From the NCBI GenBank assembly GCA_021772515.1, contig JAJFLU010000009.1, forward strand, positions 5,929-69,928: 64,000 bases of DNA. Direction: 5' to 3'. The notes beneath the pieces were generated by a model. That model was not told the origin of the DNA. It ran no database searches and was given only the letters and a program-made list of their open reading frames with translations. The first letter of the stretch is position 1; each line of letters begins with the position of its first letter. The position numbers and the translations under genes are program-made. Origin of the DNA: Opitutales bacterium (GTDB lineage: Bacteria > Verrucomicrobiota > Verrucomicrobiia > Opitutales > UBA2987). Shown one piece after another: positions 9,116 to 18,704 of this stretch.

Positions 9116-10249
9116 ATGTTTCCTCGGATTGCCTCCCTAACTTTTTGGCAGTCCGACCTCATGACAGCACTTGTAATCCCCGTCTGCTTCACGCTTTTGG
9201 TATCGGGCATTTGCTCCCTGCTGGAAGCTTATATCCTCACCGTCACCACGGCGGAAATAGAATCCCTGAAAAAAGACAAACCCCGGCGGGGGCTTTTGCT
9301 GGAAAAATTCAAGCGCGACCTCGAGTTGACCAGCTCGGCTATCCTGACCCTCAATACCATCGCCCATACCCTGGGGGCCATGTGGGTGGCCACGGTGGCC
9401 GCTCGAGTGGCCGGCAATCTGGTTGGAATCATTACTTTCGTCATGGTGTTGGGTATTCTTTTTCTTTCTGAAATCCTTCCCAAGAACATCGGGGTGATCT
9501 ACCGTAAAGCTCTTTTGGCCCACCTTGTTTATCCTTTGCAACTGGTCCGCTGGTCCATGTATCCATTGTCCTACCTGGCCATGCACTCGATACGGTTGAT
9601 GGTCGATACGGATGGTTCCGAGGAGGAAAAAGAGGAGGAGGAAGAGATCAAACTCCTGGCCGAAAAACACGCGCAAGATGGTTCCCTTTCGACCAGTGAA
9701 CGCGATATGATTTTAAACGCACTCAGCCTCAACGATGTGCAAATCCGTGAAATAATGACTCCCCGCACGGTCGTCCAAGCACTCGATGGGCACCTCTCCG
9801 TGGAGGAGGTATTTGAGGATGTTGGCATCCTGTTTTTTGGACGTCTGCCCGTTTATGAGGACAATATTGACAACATTATCGGCTTGGTGCGCCGCCGCGA
9901 TATTCTGGAAGCTCGGGCCAACGACGAAGATAGCAAACGGGTGTCAGATATGATGAGCGACCCCATATTTGTGCCGGAAACCGCCACCGCCGCCGATGCC
10001 TTGCAGCAATTTCTGAAAGCCCACCAGCAATGCTCCGTTGTCGTAGATGAATTTGGCGCGACCGCCGGAGTCGTCACGATGGAAGATATCATGGAGCATA
10101 TTCTGGGCAAAGAAATTTACGAGGATACGGATCTGGCGGTGGACATGCGGGAACTGGCCCGCAGCAAGGCCCGGGAGCAGGCGAGCGAAGGAGATGAAGG
10201 GCATCCGCTTCCTGAGTCGGCTCCAGGTAAAATGACCACCAAGCAGTAA
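9116..10249 (+). CDS. CNNM/DUF21 transmembrane domain + CBS pair protein (hemolysin/CorC-related)
   Basis: 377 aa with N-terminal multi-TM DUF21-like region (LSEILPKNIG), then a CBS pair (IMTPRTVV..., GVVTMEDIMEHILG). The start could instead be the Met at 9161. Confidence 0.85.
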   Translation: MFPRIASLTFWQSDLMTALVIPVCFTLLVSGICSLLEAYILTVTTAEIESLKKDKPRRGLLLEKFKRDLELTSSAILTLNTIAHTLGAMWVATVAARVAGNLVGIITFVMVLGILFLSEILPKNIGVIYRKALLAHLVYPLQLVRWSMYPLSYLAMHSIRLMVDTDGSEEEKEEEEEIKLLAEKHAQDGSLSTSERDMILNALSLNDVQIREIMTPRTVVQALDGHLSVEEVFEDVGILFFGRLPVYEDNIDNIIGLVRRRDILEARANDEDSKRVSDMMSDPIFVPETATAADALQQFLKAHQQCSVVVDEFGATAGVVTMEDIMEHILGKEIYEDTDLAVDMRELARSKAREQASEGDEGHPLPESAPGKMTTKQ

Positions 10250-10260
10250 TCGTTGAGCGT

Positions 10261-11073
10261 ATGACTACAAACCCATTACTAGCCTACTGGGTGCATGACC
10301 TGAGCCCTTTTATCATCCAGTTCACCGAAAATTTCGGTATTCGATGGTATGGGTTGTCTTATATATTGGGCTTTTTGGCGGCCTATCTGCTGCTCGACTA
10401 TTACTACAAAAAAGGCCGCTCCCCGTGGAATGCCGATCAGCAGGCAACCGCTTTTTGGGCCATCATCCTGGGTGTGGTGCTGGGCGGCAGGCTGGGCTAT
10501 ATGTTCCTCTACAATTTTCAGGAATTTTTGCACAACCCCTTGATTGTGATTCGAGTATGGGAAGGCGGTATGGCCAGCCACGGAGGGATGCTGGGCTCTG
10601 TGCTGGCCGGAATATGGTTTACCAGAAAAACCAAAACCCCGTTTCTCAAAACCGCAGACATCTTTTGCACCCTCCCCCCTTTGGGCTTATTTTTTGGAAG
10701 AATTGCCAATTTTATCAACGGAGAGCTTTGGGGAAAAGTGACGGATGTGCCCTGGGCTGTAATATTTCCGGCCAGCCCCTTTCCCTTGAGCCCGAGGCAT
10801 CCCTCCCAGCTTTACGCGGCGGTCCTGGAAGGTCTTTTGCTCTTAATTTACACACAGATTCGGTTTTGGACAGGCAAACCCAAAAATCGCCCCGAAGGAC
10901 AGCTTTGCGGTGAGTTTTTTCTCGCCTATGCCCTCGTGCGGATTTTTGGAGAAACGTTCCGCGAACCGGACGCCTCGCTAATTTTTGGCCTCAGCCGAGG
11001 GGTCTTTTACTCGCTATTTCTCGCCGCGGGCGGAATTGCCATGATTATTTGGGCTCGGCGAAAGGCAAAATAG
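10261..11073 (+). CDS. lgt: Prolipoprotein diacylglyceryl transferase
   Basis: 270 aa. IRWYGLSYILGF, GGRLGY, WEGGMASHGG and GRIANFINGELWG motifs. Confidence 0.93.
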   Translation: MTTNPLLAYWVHDLSPFIIQFTENFGIRWYGLSYILGFLAAYLLLDYYYKKGRSPWNADQQATAFWAIILGVVLGGRLGYMFLYNFQEFLHNPLIVIRVWEGGMASHGGMLGSVLAGIWFTRKTKTPFLKTADIFCTLPPLGLFFGRIANFINGELWGKVTDVPWAVIFPASPFPLSPRHPSQLYAAVLEGLLLLIYTQIRFWTGKPKNRPEGQLCGEFFLAYALVRIFGETFREPDASLIFGLSRGVFYSLFLAAGGIAMIIWARRKAK

Positions 11074-11198
11074 ACCAGCCAGCCCTTATCGACCCTGCCG
11101 ATTGGGAGAAGGAAAGTTTTTTGTTGTCAATGATAGGACAGCTTTTAAAAACGAGTCTCCAATTTGACAATTAACTGAAAACCAGAGACCTTTTTATC

Positions 11199-11534
11199 AT
11201 GAAAATCCAAGCCTACCTCAAACCCCAATGCGGATGGAGCAATGGTGTTCGCGCAATTCTCGCCAAATACGAACTGGAGTATGAAGATCTGGATATTATC
11301 AATAATCCCGAAATATACGCAGCGATGGTTCAAAAATCCGGACAAACCCTCTCGCCCTGTGTGGAGGTAGACGGTATTATGCTGGCCGACGTAAGCGGGG
11401 AAGAAGTGGAGAGTTATCTGCTGGGCAATCAATTGGTAAATCCGAGCGAGACCCAAACCGACGTATCGCTCAATTCTCCCTGTACGGATGAGGAGCATGA
11501 GAAAATGAATTCGCAGACCATCCGGTTCTTCTAG
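11199..11534 (+). CDS. Glutaredoxin-like small thioredoxin-fold protein
   Basis: 111 aa with an N-terminal beta-alpha unit containing CGWS (monothiol-like) and a later SPCVEVDG segment. It ends 4 nt before gltB. Confidence 0.6.
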   Translation: MKIQAYLKPQCGWSNGVRAILAKYELEYEDLDIINNPEIYAAMVQKSGQTLSPCVEVDGIMLADVSGEEVESYLLGNQLVNPSETQTDVSLNSPCTDEEHEKMNSQTIRFF

Positions 11535-11538
11535 GGAA

Positions 11539-14500
11539 ATGTTGCGCCCATCCCCGATCACGGGCCGTCCGAGGGTTGTGGAGCTACAAAAAACCATCTC
11601 CAGGCCCGCGTCCCCTAAATCTCTCAACGGGATTGCCAATGGTTCGCCACACAGGCATTCTGTGACGGTCGATATACAACCCGTTAAACCATCGCCACTA
11701 TACCGCCCGGATGATGAACACGATGCCTGCGGAGTCGGATTTGTCGCCAATGTGAATGGAAAACGGTCCTATGAAACGATCGACAGGGCAATCACAGGGC
11801 TCAATAACCTGGCCCACCGAGGCGCCATCGATGCCGATGCTGTTACCGGAGACGGGGCCGGTCTGCTGACGCAGATTCCGTTTCCACTCTTTGGCGAATA
11901 TCTCCAATCAATCGGCAAACCGCTGTTTAAAAACACCGATTTGGCCGTATGTATGGTTTTTCTGGCCAAGGAGGATGAAGAAGCTCGCGAGCTTGGAAAA
12001 CGAATCATCGAGGAGGCTGTTGAGGCCGAGGGGCTCTCTTTCCTGGCCTGGAGGGAAGTCCCCGTCAACCCCGCCTGCCTTGGGCGGAGGGCCGAGGAAA
12101 CCCGCCCGGCAATCCTCCAGGCTTTGGTCTCCCGGCGAGAGGAAATTTCGAGTGAGGGATTCGAGCGTAAATGTTTTCTGGCCATGAAAATGGCGGAGCG
12201 GCGAGCTACCGGTGAAAAGGTTCGGGATTTTTACATTGTCAGTTTTTCCAGCCGAACCGTCACCTATAAAGGGCTTCTCAATGCATCGCAGTTGAGACGC
12301 TTTTTTATCGATTTACGGTCTCCTCAGTTTACGAGCGCCTTTGCGATGTTTCACCAGCGTTTCGCCACCAATACCATTGCAGATTGGAGAAAGGCGCAAC
12401 CCTACCGGTTGGTCGCCCACAACGGCGAAATCAATACCATCCGGGGCAACCGAAACCTCATGAGAGCCCGTGAATCCTCCTCCTCGCATGGGGTTTGGGG
12501 TAAGCGGTTCAGTGAGTTACTGCCCATCGTGCAGCCGGAAATGAGCGATTCGGCCAGTTTTGACAATGTCCTACAACTCATTACATTGGCGGGCCGTTCC
12601 AGTATCCAGAGCGTCTCCATGATGGTGCCCCACTCGTGGGAAAAGGATGTCGGGCTAAAGGAAAATATTCGCGATTTTTACCGATTCCACTCGACCATCA
12701 TGGAACCGTGGGACGGCCCGGCGGCGATGGTATTTTCCGATGGCCGTTATGTGGGCGCAGCGCTGGATCGTAGCGGTCTCCGGCCTCTTCGTTACAAAGT
12801 TTACGAGGATGGCACCGTGGTCATGGCCTCCGAGGCTGGAGTGGTTCCCGACTGGGGATCCCCGGTTGTCACGAGCGGACGATTGGGGCCGGGCCGCATG
12901 GTTGCGGTGGACCTGCGGGCGGGCCGTATCATGGAAGACGAGGACCGCAAGGAATACCTCGGCAGCCTGGCTAACTACGGCTGGTGGTGTCGCGAGTCCA
13001 TCCACAATCTCCACAAAATTGCCGATAAAAAGGCGAAGGAAGATAAGCCCGCTACCACGGCTGAGGAATTTTTGGCGCAGCAAATTGTGTTCGACTGCGA
13101 CCGGGATGAGATGGAGATGATTCTACGGCCCATGATTGAACTAGGCTCCGAGCCACTGGGCTCGATGGGTGATGATACGCCGCTGGCCATCCTCTCGCGA
13201 CGGCCCCGTCTGCTCTACGGATATTTCAAACAACTTTTTGCCCAGGTGACCAATCCGGCCATCGATCCGATCCGCGAATCCCTCATCATGTCGCTGACCA
13301 TGTATCTCGGCGGCAGGTATGGGTTGTTTGAGGGGATTACCCACAGTCGTGATTTTCTTGAGCTGGAGTCGCCGCTCCTTTTTGAGCATGAATTCGAGAG
13401 CCTTTCCTCGATGCCATTTTTTCAAGGCAGGGTTTACAAATTGGAAACGCTGTTCGATGTCGAAAAAGGCGCCGACGGTTTGCGGGCGGCGGTGCGAGCC
13501 CTTTGTGATGAGGCGCGGCAAGCCGTTTCGGAGAAGGAAGCGCGGATCATTATCCTGTCCGACCGGGGAGTTTGCGACGAAAAGGCGGCCATCTCGATGC
13601 TGCTCGCGGCGGGGGCGGTCAACCAGTCACTCTCGCGGGCCGGTCTCCGGTTAAAAGCCGATATCGTGGTGGAAACGGGAGAGGCCAGAGATGTTCACCA
13701 ATTTGCTTGTCTGCTCGGTTATGGAGCCAATGCGGTGTACCCTTATCTGGCGCTGGATCTGGTTGGCACAATCTGGAACGAACACTTGGCGTCGAACGAA
13801 TTTCCGTTGGAAAAAGCGCACAAAAATTACCGTCAGGCGGTTGACCGGGGTATTCTAAAAATCATGTCCAAAATGGGCATCAGCACCTTGTTCAGCTACC
13901 ACGGGGCGCAGGTTTTCGAGGCCCTTGGTCTTGGCCGAAAACTGGTCAAGGAATGCTTTTTTGGCACACCATCACCGATAGGGGGAATCTCCTACCGGGA
14001 AATCGGGGAGGATGCTTTGCGGCGGCATCGGGCAGCTTTTACAACCAAGGAGGCACCCCAGATCGGTTCCCACGGTTATTACAAGGTCAATAAAAAAGGG
14101 GGAGGAGAATTTCACGGTTGGAACCCGAAAGTGGTTTCCGGGATGAATAATTTATTACGTAAAGGCAATATGGAGAAATTTACCCATGCATCCGAGGAGC
14201 ATCCACCGGTCAGCCTGAAAGATTTGCTTAAAATTCGCCCTGCAACCCAGACTATTCCGCTGGATGAAGTGGAGCCCATCGAGGATATTCGCCGCCGGTT
14301 TACCACGGCGGGCATGTCTTTGGGCGCTCTATCGCCTGAGGCTCACGAATGTCTCGCCATTGCCATGAACCACATCGGAGGGAAATCCAATTCGGGGGAA
14401 GGAGGAGAAGATCCGCGACGATTTACCCCTTTTGAAAATGGTGAGAGTGCCAACAGCGCGATTAAACAGGTGGCCAGCGGCCGTTTCGGGGTGACCGCCG

Positions 14501-16209
14501 AATACCTCGCCAATGCCAGGGAAATCGAAATTAAGGTTGCCCAAGGAGCGAAACCGGGCGAGGGCGGTCAGCTTCCGGGGCATAAAGTTTCCCCCATGAT
14601 CGCCCAATTGCGACACAGCGTGCCCGGCGTGACCCTCATCTCGCCGCCGCCCCACCACGACATTTACTCGATCGAAGATTTGGCGCAGCTTGTTTTCGAT
14701 CTCAAGGAGGTCAATCCCCGGGTCAAAGTATGTGTCAAACTGGTGGCCTGTTCCGGGGTCGGCACAGTGGCGGTGGGCGTGGCCAAGGCCTATGCGGATA
14801 CCATCCTGATTTCGGGTCACGAAGGAGGCACGGGGGCCAGCCCGGTTTCCTCCATAAAAAACGCCGGTTCGGCATGGGAAATCGGAATCGCCGAAGCGCA
14901 CCAATTGCTTATGATGGGCGGGCTGCGCGACCGTGTGACTCTGCGCACCGATGGGGGTTTTAAAACGGGACGCGATGTCGTGGTAGCCTCTTTGCTCGGA
15001 GCCGAGGAGTATAATTTCGGCACTGCGGCATTGCTGGCAGCCGGTTGCGCCATGTTCCGGGTATGCCACCTTAACAGTTGCCCGGTCGGGGTGGCCACAC
15101 AACGGGAGGACCTGCGGGCGAAATTCAGGGGCAAGCCGGAAAATGTTGTGAAATACTTCAATGCGGTGGCCGAAGAGGTGCGCCAAATCCTGGCCAGTCT
15201 CGGTTATCGCTCGATTGATGAAATTGTCGGGCGGACCGATCTTTTGGAGCAAATTGAGGATCCCGATAACTCGAAAAGCAAGTTTATCGACCTGTCCGGG
15301 CTCTTGCACGACCCCGATCCCTCGCGCGAAGCCGCCCGCTACAATACACGGGGAACCAATGATAGCCCGGGCCATGCCGGTTCCCTCGATCACCTCATTC
15401 TGCAGGACGCCCGCGAGGCCATTTTGGGTAGGCGAAAAAACTTTTCCGGCATTTACAAAGTGAAAAATGTTCACCGCAATATCGGCACCCGGTTGGCGGG
15501 TGAGGTCGCCTATCTGAAAGGCGGAGTGGGGTTGGCGCCGGGTACTTTGGATCTCACTTTCAAAGGAAGCGCGGGCCAGAGTTTTGGGGCGTTTTTGGTG
15601 CCGGGTATCCGATTGAAATTGATCGGTGAAACCAATGACTACGTGGGAAAAGGGATGAATGGCGGCGAGATTGTCGTTTTCCCGGATGAGAAAGCCAAAT
15701 ACGAGTGGCATGATAATTTCATTGTTGGAAACACCTGTCTCTACGGAGCCACGGGCGGCCATTTCTTCGCGGCGGGCCGGGCGGGCCAGCGGTTTGCGGT
15801 GCGCAATTCAGGGGCCATCGCGGTGGTCGAAGGGGCGGGCGACCACGGTTGCGAATATATGACCGGAGGGGCGGTGGCAGTTCTGGGACCCACGGGGCGT
15901 AATTTCGGGGCGGGCATGAGCGGGGGTCTGGCCTTCGTTTTCGATTCCGACAACACTTTCAAACATCGCTACAATCCCGATATGGTGGATATCGTGCCTC
16001 TTGAGATTGAGGAGGAAATCGATTCGCTACAAAATCTTCTTGAACTTTACCAGCAATCGACAGGGAGCCCTCGGGCGCGGCAAATCCTGAAAAACTGGAA
16101 AGATTCCGTGCCCCGGTTTTTCAAGGTGGTTCCTCATCCACCTGCTCAGAATATGCCCAAAGCGGTATTTCGGTTCGGCTTGGAAACTGCGGTCGGTTCG
16201 GGAGGGTGA
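11539..16209 (+). CDS. gltB: Glutamate synthase large subunit
   Basis: 1556 aa. Ntn amidotransferase Cys (DACGVGFVANV), central FMN and GXGXG domains, colinear throughout. The exact start is uncertain because the N-terminal propeptide region has no internal Met. Confidence 0.97.
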   Translation: MLRPSPITGRPRVVELQKTISRPASPKSLNGIANGSPHRHSVTVDIQPVKPSPLYRPDDEHDACGVGFVANVNGKRSYETIDRAITGLNNLAHRGAIDADAVTGDGAGLLTQIPFPLFGEYLQSIGKPLFKNTDLAVCMVFLAKEDEEARELGKRIIEEAVEAEGLSFLAWREVPVNPACLGRRAEETRPAILQALVSRREEISSEGFERKCFLAMKMAERRATGEKVRDFYIVSFSSRTVTYKGLLNASQLRRFFIDLRSPQFTSAFAMFHQRFATNTIADWRKAQPYRLVAHNGEINTIRGNRNLMRARESSSSHGVWGKRFSELLPIVQPEMSDSASFDNVLQLITLAGRSSIQSVSMMVPHSWEKDVGLKENIRDFYRFHSTIMEPWDGPAAMVFSDGRYVGAALDRSGLRPLRYKVYEDGTVVMASEAGVVPDWGSPVVTSGRLGPGRMVAVDLRAGRIMEDEDRKEYLGSLANYGWWCRESIHNLHKIADKKAKEDKPATTAEEFLAQQIVFDCDRDEMEMILRPMIELGSEPLGSMGDDTPLAILSRRPRLLYGYFKQLFAQVTNPAIDPIRESLIMSLTMYLGGRYGLFEGITHSRDFLELESPLLFEHEFESLSSMPFFQGRVYKLETLFDVEKGADGLRAAVRALCDEARQAVSEKEARIIILSDRGVCDEKAAISMLLAAGAVNQSLSRAGLRLKADIVVETGEARDVHQFACLLGYGANAVYPYLALDLVGTIWNEHLASNEFPLEKAHKNYRQAVDRGILKIMSKMGISTLFSYHGAQVFEALGLGRKLVKECFFGTPSPIGGISYREIGEDALRRHRAAFTTKEAPQIGSHGYYKVNKKGGGEFHGWNPKVVSGMNNLLRKGNMEKFTHASEEHPPVSLKDLLKIRPATQTIPLDEVEPIEDIRRRFTTAGMSLGALSPEAHECLAIAMNHIGGKSNSGEGGEDPRRFTPFENGESANSAIKQVASGRFGVTAEYLANAREIEIKVAQGAKPGEGGQLPGHKVSPMIAQLRHSVPGVTLISPPPHHDIYSIEDLAQLVFDLKEVNPRVKVCVKLVACSGVGTVAVGVAKAYADTILISGHEGGTGASPVSSIKNAGSAWEIGIAEAHQLLMMGGLRDRVTLRTDGGFKTGRDVVVASLLGAEEYNFGTAALLAAGCAMFRVCHLNSCPVGVATQREDLRAKFRGKPENVVKYFNAVAEEVRQILASLGYRSIDEIVGRTDLLEQIEDPDNSKSKFIDLSGLLHDPDPSREAARYNTRGTNDSPGHAGSLDHLILQDAREAILGRRKNFSGIYKVKNVHRNIGTRLAGEVAYLKGGVGLAPGTLDLTFKGSAGQSFGAFLVPGIRLKLIGETNDYVGKGMNGGEIVVFPDEKAKYEWHDNFIVGNTCLYGATGGHFFAAGRAGQRFAVRNSGAIAVVEGAGDHGCEYMTGGAVAVLGPTGRNFGAGMSGGLAFVFDSDNTFKHRYNPDMVDIVPLEIEEEIDSLQNLLELYQQSTGSPRARQILKNWKDSVPRFFKVVPHPPAQNMPKAVFRFGLETAVGSGG

Positions 16210-16217
16210 AGCTACTT

Positions 16218-16751
16218 TTAACGCAGAAGCGGGTCGATGGCCCCGATGCAAAGTTGCAATCTTTCTTCAGCGGATCCGGAAACCGCAAGGTAATCGATTT
16301 TTCTCAACTCCAGTTCCTCTTTGATGCGTTTTTGTATGAGGGCTCTGACCTGAGGCCCGTCCCGCTGAAAAGAGTCCTCAACCCAGGGTATATCATCCTG
16401 GGTAAACAGATATAGGTCGAAAGATTCCTCCAAATCGGTTTGCCGAATTTCTCGAGGGCAATCTCCTAAATAATAGTCGCTGTAAATAACTGTCATCAAC
16501 AGGCAGGTGTCACAGAATAGCACTTCTTGGGCTTCGGCCAGCAGAGTGGCTTCGCTTTCCTTTTGACCGCGCGCTATTTCCGCAATGTCGGCCAAATCCG
16601 GGACGGATTTTTTTTTGTCCACAAACTCACGTAAATACTCGGGAACCCAGACCGTATGGTAATGCCGGGCAAGCTCACGAGCCAACACTGTCTTGCCGGT
16701 GCACTCGGCCCCCACGATGGCGACTCGTTTTATTGGAGAGACTTCTTCCAT
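16218..16751 (-). CDS. NadR-type AAA/ribosylnicotinamide kinase-like ATPase (stand-alone domain)
   Basis: I chose the start at MEEVSPIKRVAIVGAECTGKT (P-loop). The rest resembles the NadR C-terminal kinase domain. It lies downstream of pnuC and overlaps it by 22 nt. Confidence 0.7.
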   Translation of the reverse strand: MEEVSPIKRVAIVGAECTGKTVLARELARHYHTVWVPEYLREFVDKKKSVPDLADIAEIARGQKESEATLLAEAQEVLFCDTCLLMTVIYSDYYLGDCPREIRQTDLEESFDLYLFTQDDIPWVEDSFQRDGPQVRALIQKRIKEELELRKIDYLAVSGSAEERLQLCIGAIDPLLR

Positions 16752-17293
16752 TCCACAAAACCGAGTGTCGCTAAAATGAGAAACAAGGCATACAGCCCCG
16801 CGGTTGGTAGGTGATTTTGGTAGATGAAAAACCCCACATACAAAGTATCTACTGCTATCCAGACCAGCCAGCATTCGAAAATTTTTCTGGCCATCAGCCA
16901 TTGGGCGATCAGGCTCATAACCGCTGTGGTCGAATCCCAATAGGGAGTAGCGGCATCGGTTTTGATTTCCAAAACCAACCCCAATAGAGGCGCAGCAGCG
17001 ATTCCGATGAGCAGAAGGACTAAACCGTGCTGCCAACGAAGACGCGAAACCAGTAATTTACTTTCTTTATCGGCCCCCCCATGGAGCCAATGCCACCAGC
17101 CATAGATGGATATAAAAATGAAAAACGTTTGCAGACCGGTATTCGCGTAATATCGATCTTGATAAAATATATACACGTATAAGATGATGTTGACTAAACC
17201 CACTGGCCAGCACCAGATATTTTGGCGTATGGTTAGCCAAACCCCGCCAATTCCAAATACCACCCCACAAATTTCAATCCAGTTCTGTTCCAT
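16730..17293 (-). CDS. pnuC: Nicotinamide riboside transporter PnuC
   Basis: 187 aa multi-TM protein. WCWPVGLVNIILY and SIYGWWHW motifs are typical of PnuC. Confidence 0.9.
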   Translation of the reverse strand: MEQNWIEICGVVFGIGGVWLTIRQNIWCWPVGLVNIILYVYIFYQDRYYANTGLQTFFIFISIYGWWHWLHGGADKESKLLVSRLRWQHGLVLLLIGIAAAPLLGLVLEIKTDAATPYWDSTTAVMSLIAQWLMARKIFECWLVWIAVDTLYVGFFIYQNHLPTAGLYALFLILATLGFVEWKKSLQ

Positions 17294-17394
17294 TTCCGAT
17301 ATAAAAAATCATCCAGTGCTGGCCACTGATGCGAAGCAAGACAATTCCCCTTTTGCCGCCACCCCATGAAGAGGAAATCCACTTTTCACCCGGC

Positions 17395-18114
17395 ATGATT
17401 AATTTTCGAACAACCTTAATAATATTGGCTATCCTGCTTCCCGTCGCCGGTTTTGCCCAACCTTTGGAGGAGAAAGTGCTCGAGGGAATAGTCATGGTCG
17501 CCAAGGTGAAGGGCAAGGCCTACCTGGAGTTTAACGGCCAGGTGTTTCGGGCGAAAAAAAGGACCAAGGCGATTCAGGGCGTCGTGGTAAATGTTCCTGC
17601 CAATAGTAATGTTGTGCTGCTTCTGGCCAATGGGGCGGCTATTTCTTTGAAAGGTCCCTCGAAAGTTAAAATCGAGCGATTTCTGATCGCCTCGACCATC
17701 CTGCCGCCGCTTCCATGGGCCAAAACCAAGAAAGAGCCCTCCTCATCCGATTTCGTTTTGCGGCTGGATTATGGGGACGTGATTTTTGAAACCAAGGCAT
17801 TGCACGAAAAGTCGAATTTCGCCGTCCGCACGCCCTTCGGAGAGGTTCGCACATTGCCCAACGAATATGATTTCAAAACCCTCTTCCGGATTCGTTACAG
17901 CGAAGACTACCCCATGGTGGCGACATGGGAGGGCCTCGTGGAATTGGAGTCGCCGGAACACGAACCGAGGATCATTTCCCGCGACGAGCAACTATTCGTC
18001 CACCCAGAAAAAGGTCTCCTCCTGGCCCACGGTCTGACCGCTAAAAATGTCCAAAAATTCGAACAAACCATGACCGAGTTCCAAACCGCCCTGGCCCGAC
18101 TTCGAATCAAGTAA
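17395..18114 (+). CDS. Secreted hypothetical protein, FecR-like beta-rich domain
   Basis: I chose the start at MINFRTTLIILAILLPVAGFA (signal peptide). The segment VKGKAYLEFNG...SNVVLLLANGAAISLKGPSKVKIE resembles the FecR fold pattern. Assignment is weak. Confidence 0.45.
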   Translation: MINFRTTLIILAILLPVAGFAQPLEEKVLEGIVMVAKVKGKAYLEFNGQVFRAKKRTKAIQGVVVNVPANSNVVLLLANGAAISLKGPSKVKIERFLIASTILPPLPWAKTKKEPSSSDFVLRLDYGDVIFETKALHEKSNFAVRTPFGEVRTLPNEYDFKTLFRIRYSEDYPMVATWEGLVELESPEHEPRIISRDEQLFVHPEKGLLLAHGLTAKNVQKFEQTMTEFQTALARLRIK

Positions 18115-18238
18115 CGGCAGTAGTTTTCTATTATTACCCAAATCAGCCTGGGTCTGAAAAATTATTGCATTGGGGAACCGGGGGCTTACTCTTCGGGTCT
18201 CTTAATTCGATTGTAACCTCAACTATGGCTTAATTCTT

Positions 18239-18688
18239 ATGGAATCCAACTATCCTGATCTTACTGTGCGCCCTCCTCGCGGGCCTCGCGTCCGCCTTGG
18301 CGGATTTATCTGTCTGCCGCGCATTCTTGACAAATGCCGGGCTGTCCTGGCGGGTAAAAATGGCGACTACAATTACGACTGTCCGTTGGATCAGCATTTC
18401 TTCGAGTTTGCGGGCATCAATGCCGACGAGATGAAAGAGCAGGTAGCCGCTGGCAAGGGTGATGGCGAAATTCTGACCTGGGTTTTGGAAAACATGCGCT
18501 CCGGCCTTACCGAAGTCGACATTTTGAGCTGGTCCAACTACATGGAACCCCGATGCCCCTCCGACTGCGAGTCGCGGGAGTTTTACCAGGGAATCCATTC
18601 GCAGGTGGCCCCTCATCGGGAGGATATTTCAAGTTGGTTCGATCTTCTCGATCTGGACGACTATGCATCCTTCGGGGGCAAACCCTGA
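18239..18688 (+). CDS. DUF5069 domain protein
   Basis: 149 aa. LGGFICLPRILDKCRAVLAGKNGDYNYDCPLDQHFFEF matches my recollection of the DUF5069 signature. Confidence 0.65.
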   Translation: MESNYPDLTVRPPRGPRVRLGGFICLPRILDKCRAVLAGKNGDYNYDCPLDQHFFEFAGINADEMKEQVAAGKGDGEILTWVLENMRSGLTEVDILSWSNYMEPRCPSDCESREFYQGIHSQVAPHREDISSWFDLLDLDDYASFGGKP

Positions 18689-18704
18689 ACGCCAATTGCT
18701 GATC

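Noticed and set aside
14329-15762. 477-aa ORF on the minus strand
   Set aside because: It lies entirely antisense within gltB, whose product is colinear with glutamate synthase throughout. The antisense translation is Arg/Gly/Pro-rich with no recognisable family, which is a typical GC-driven shadow ORF.
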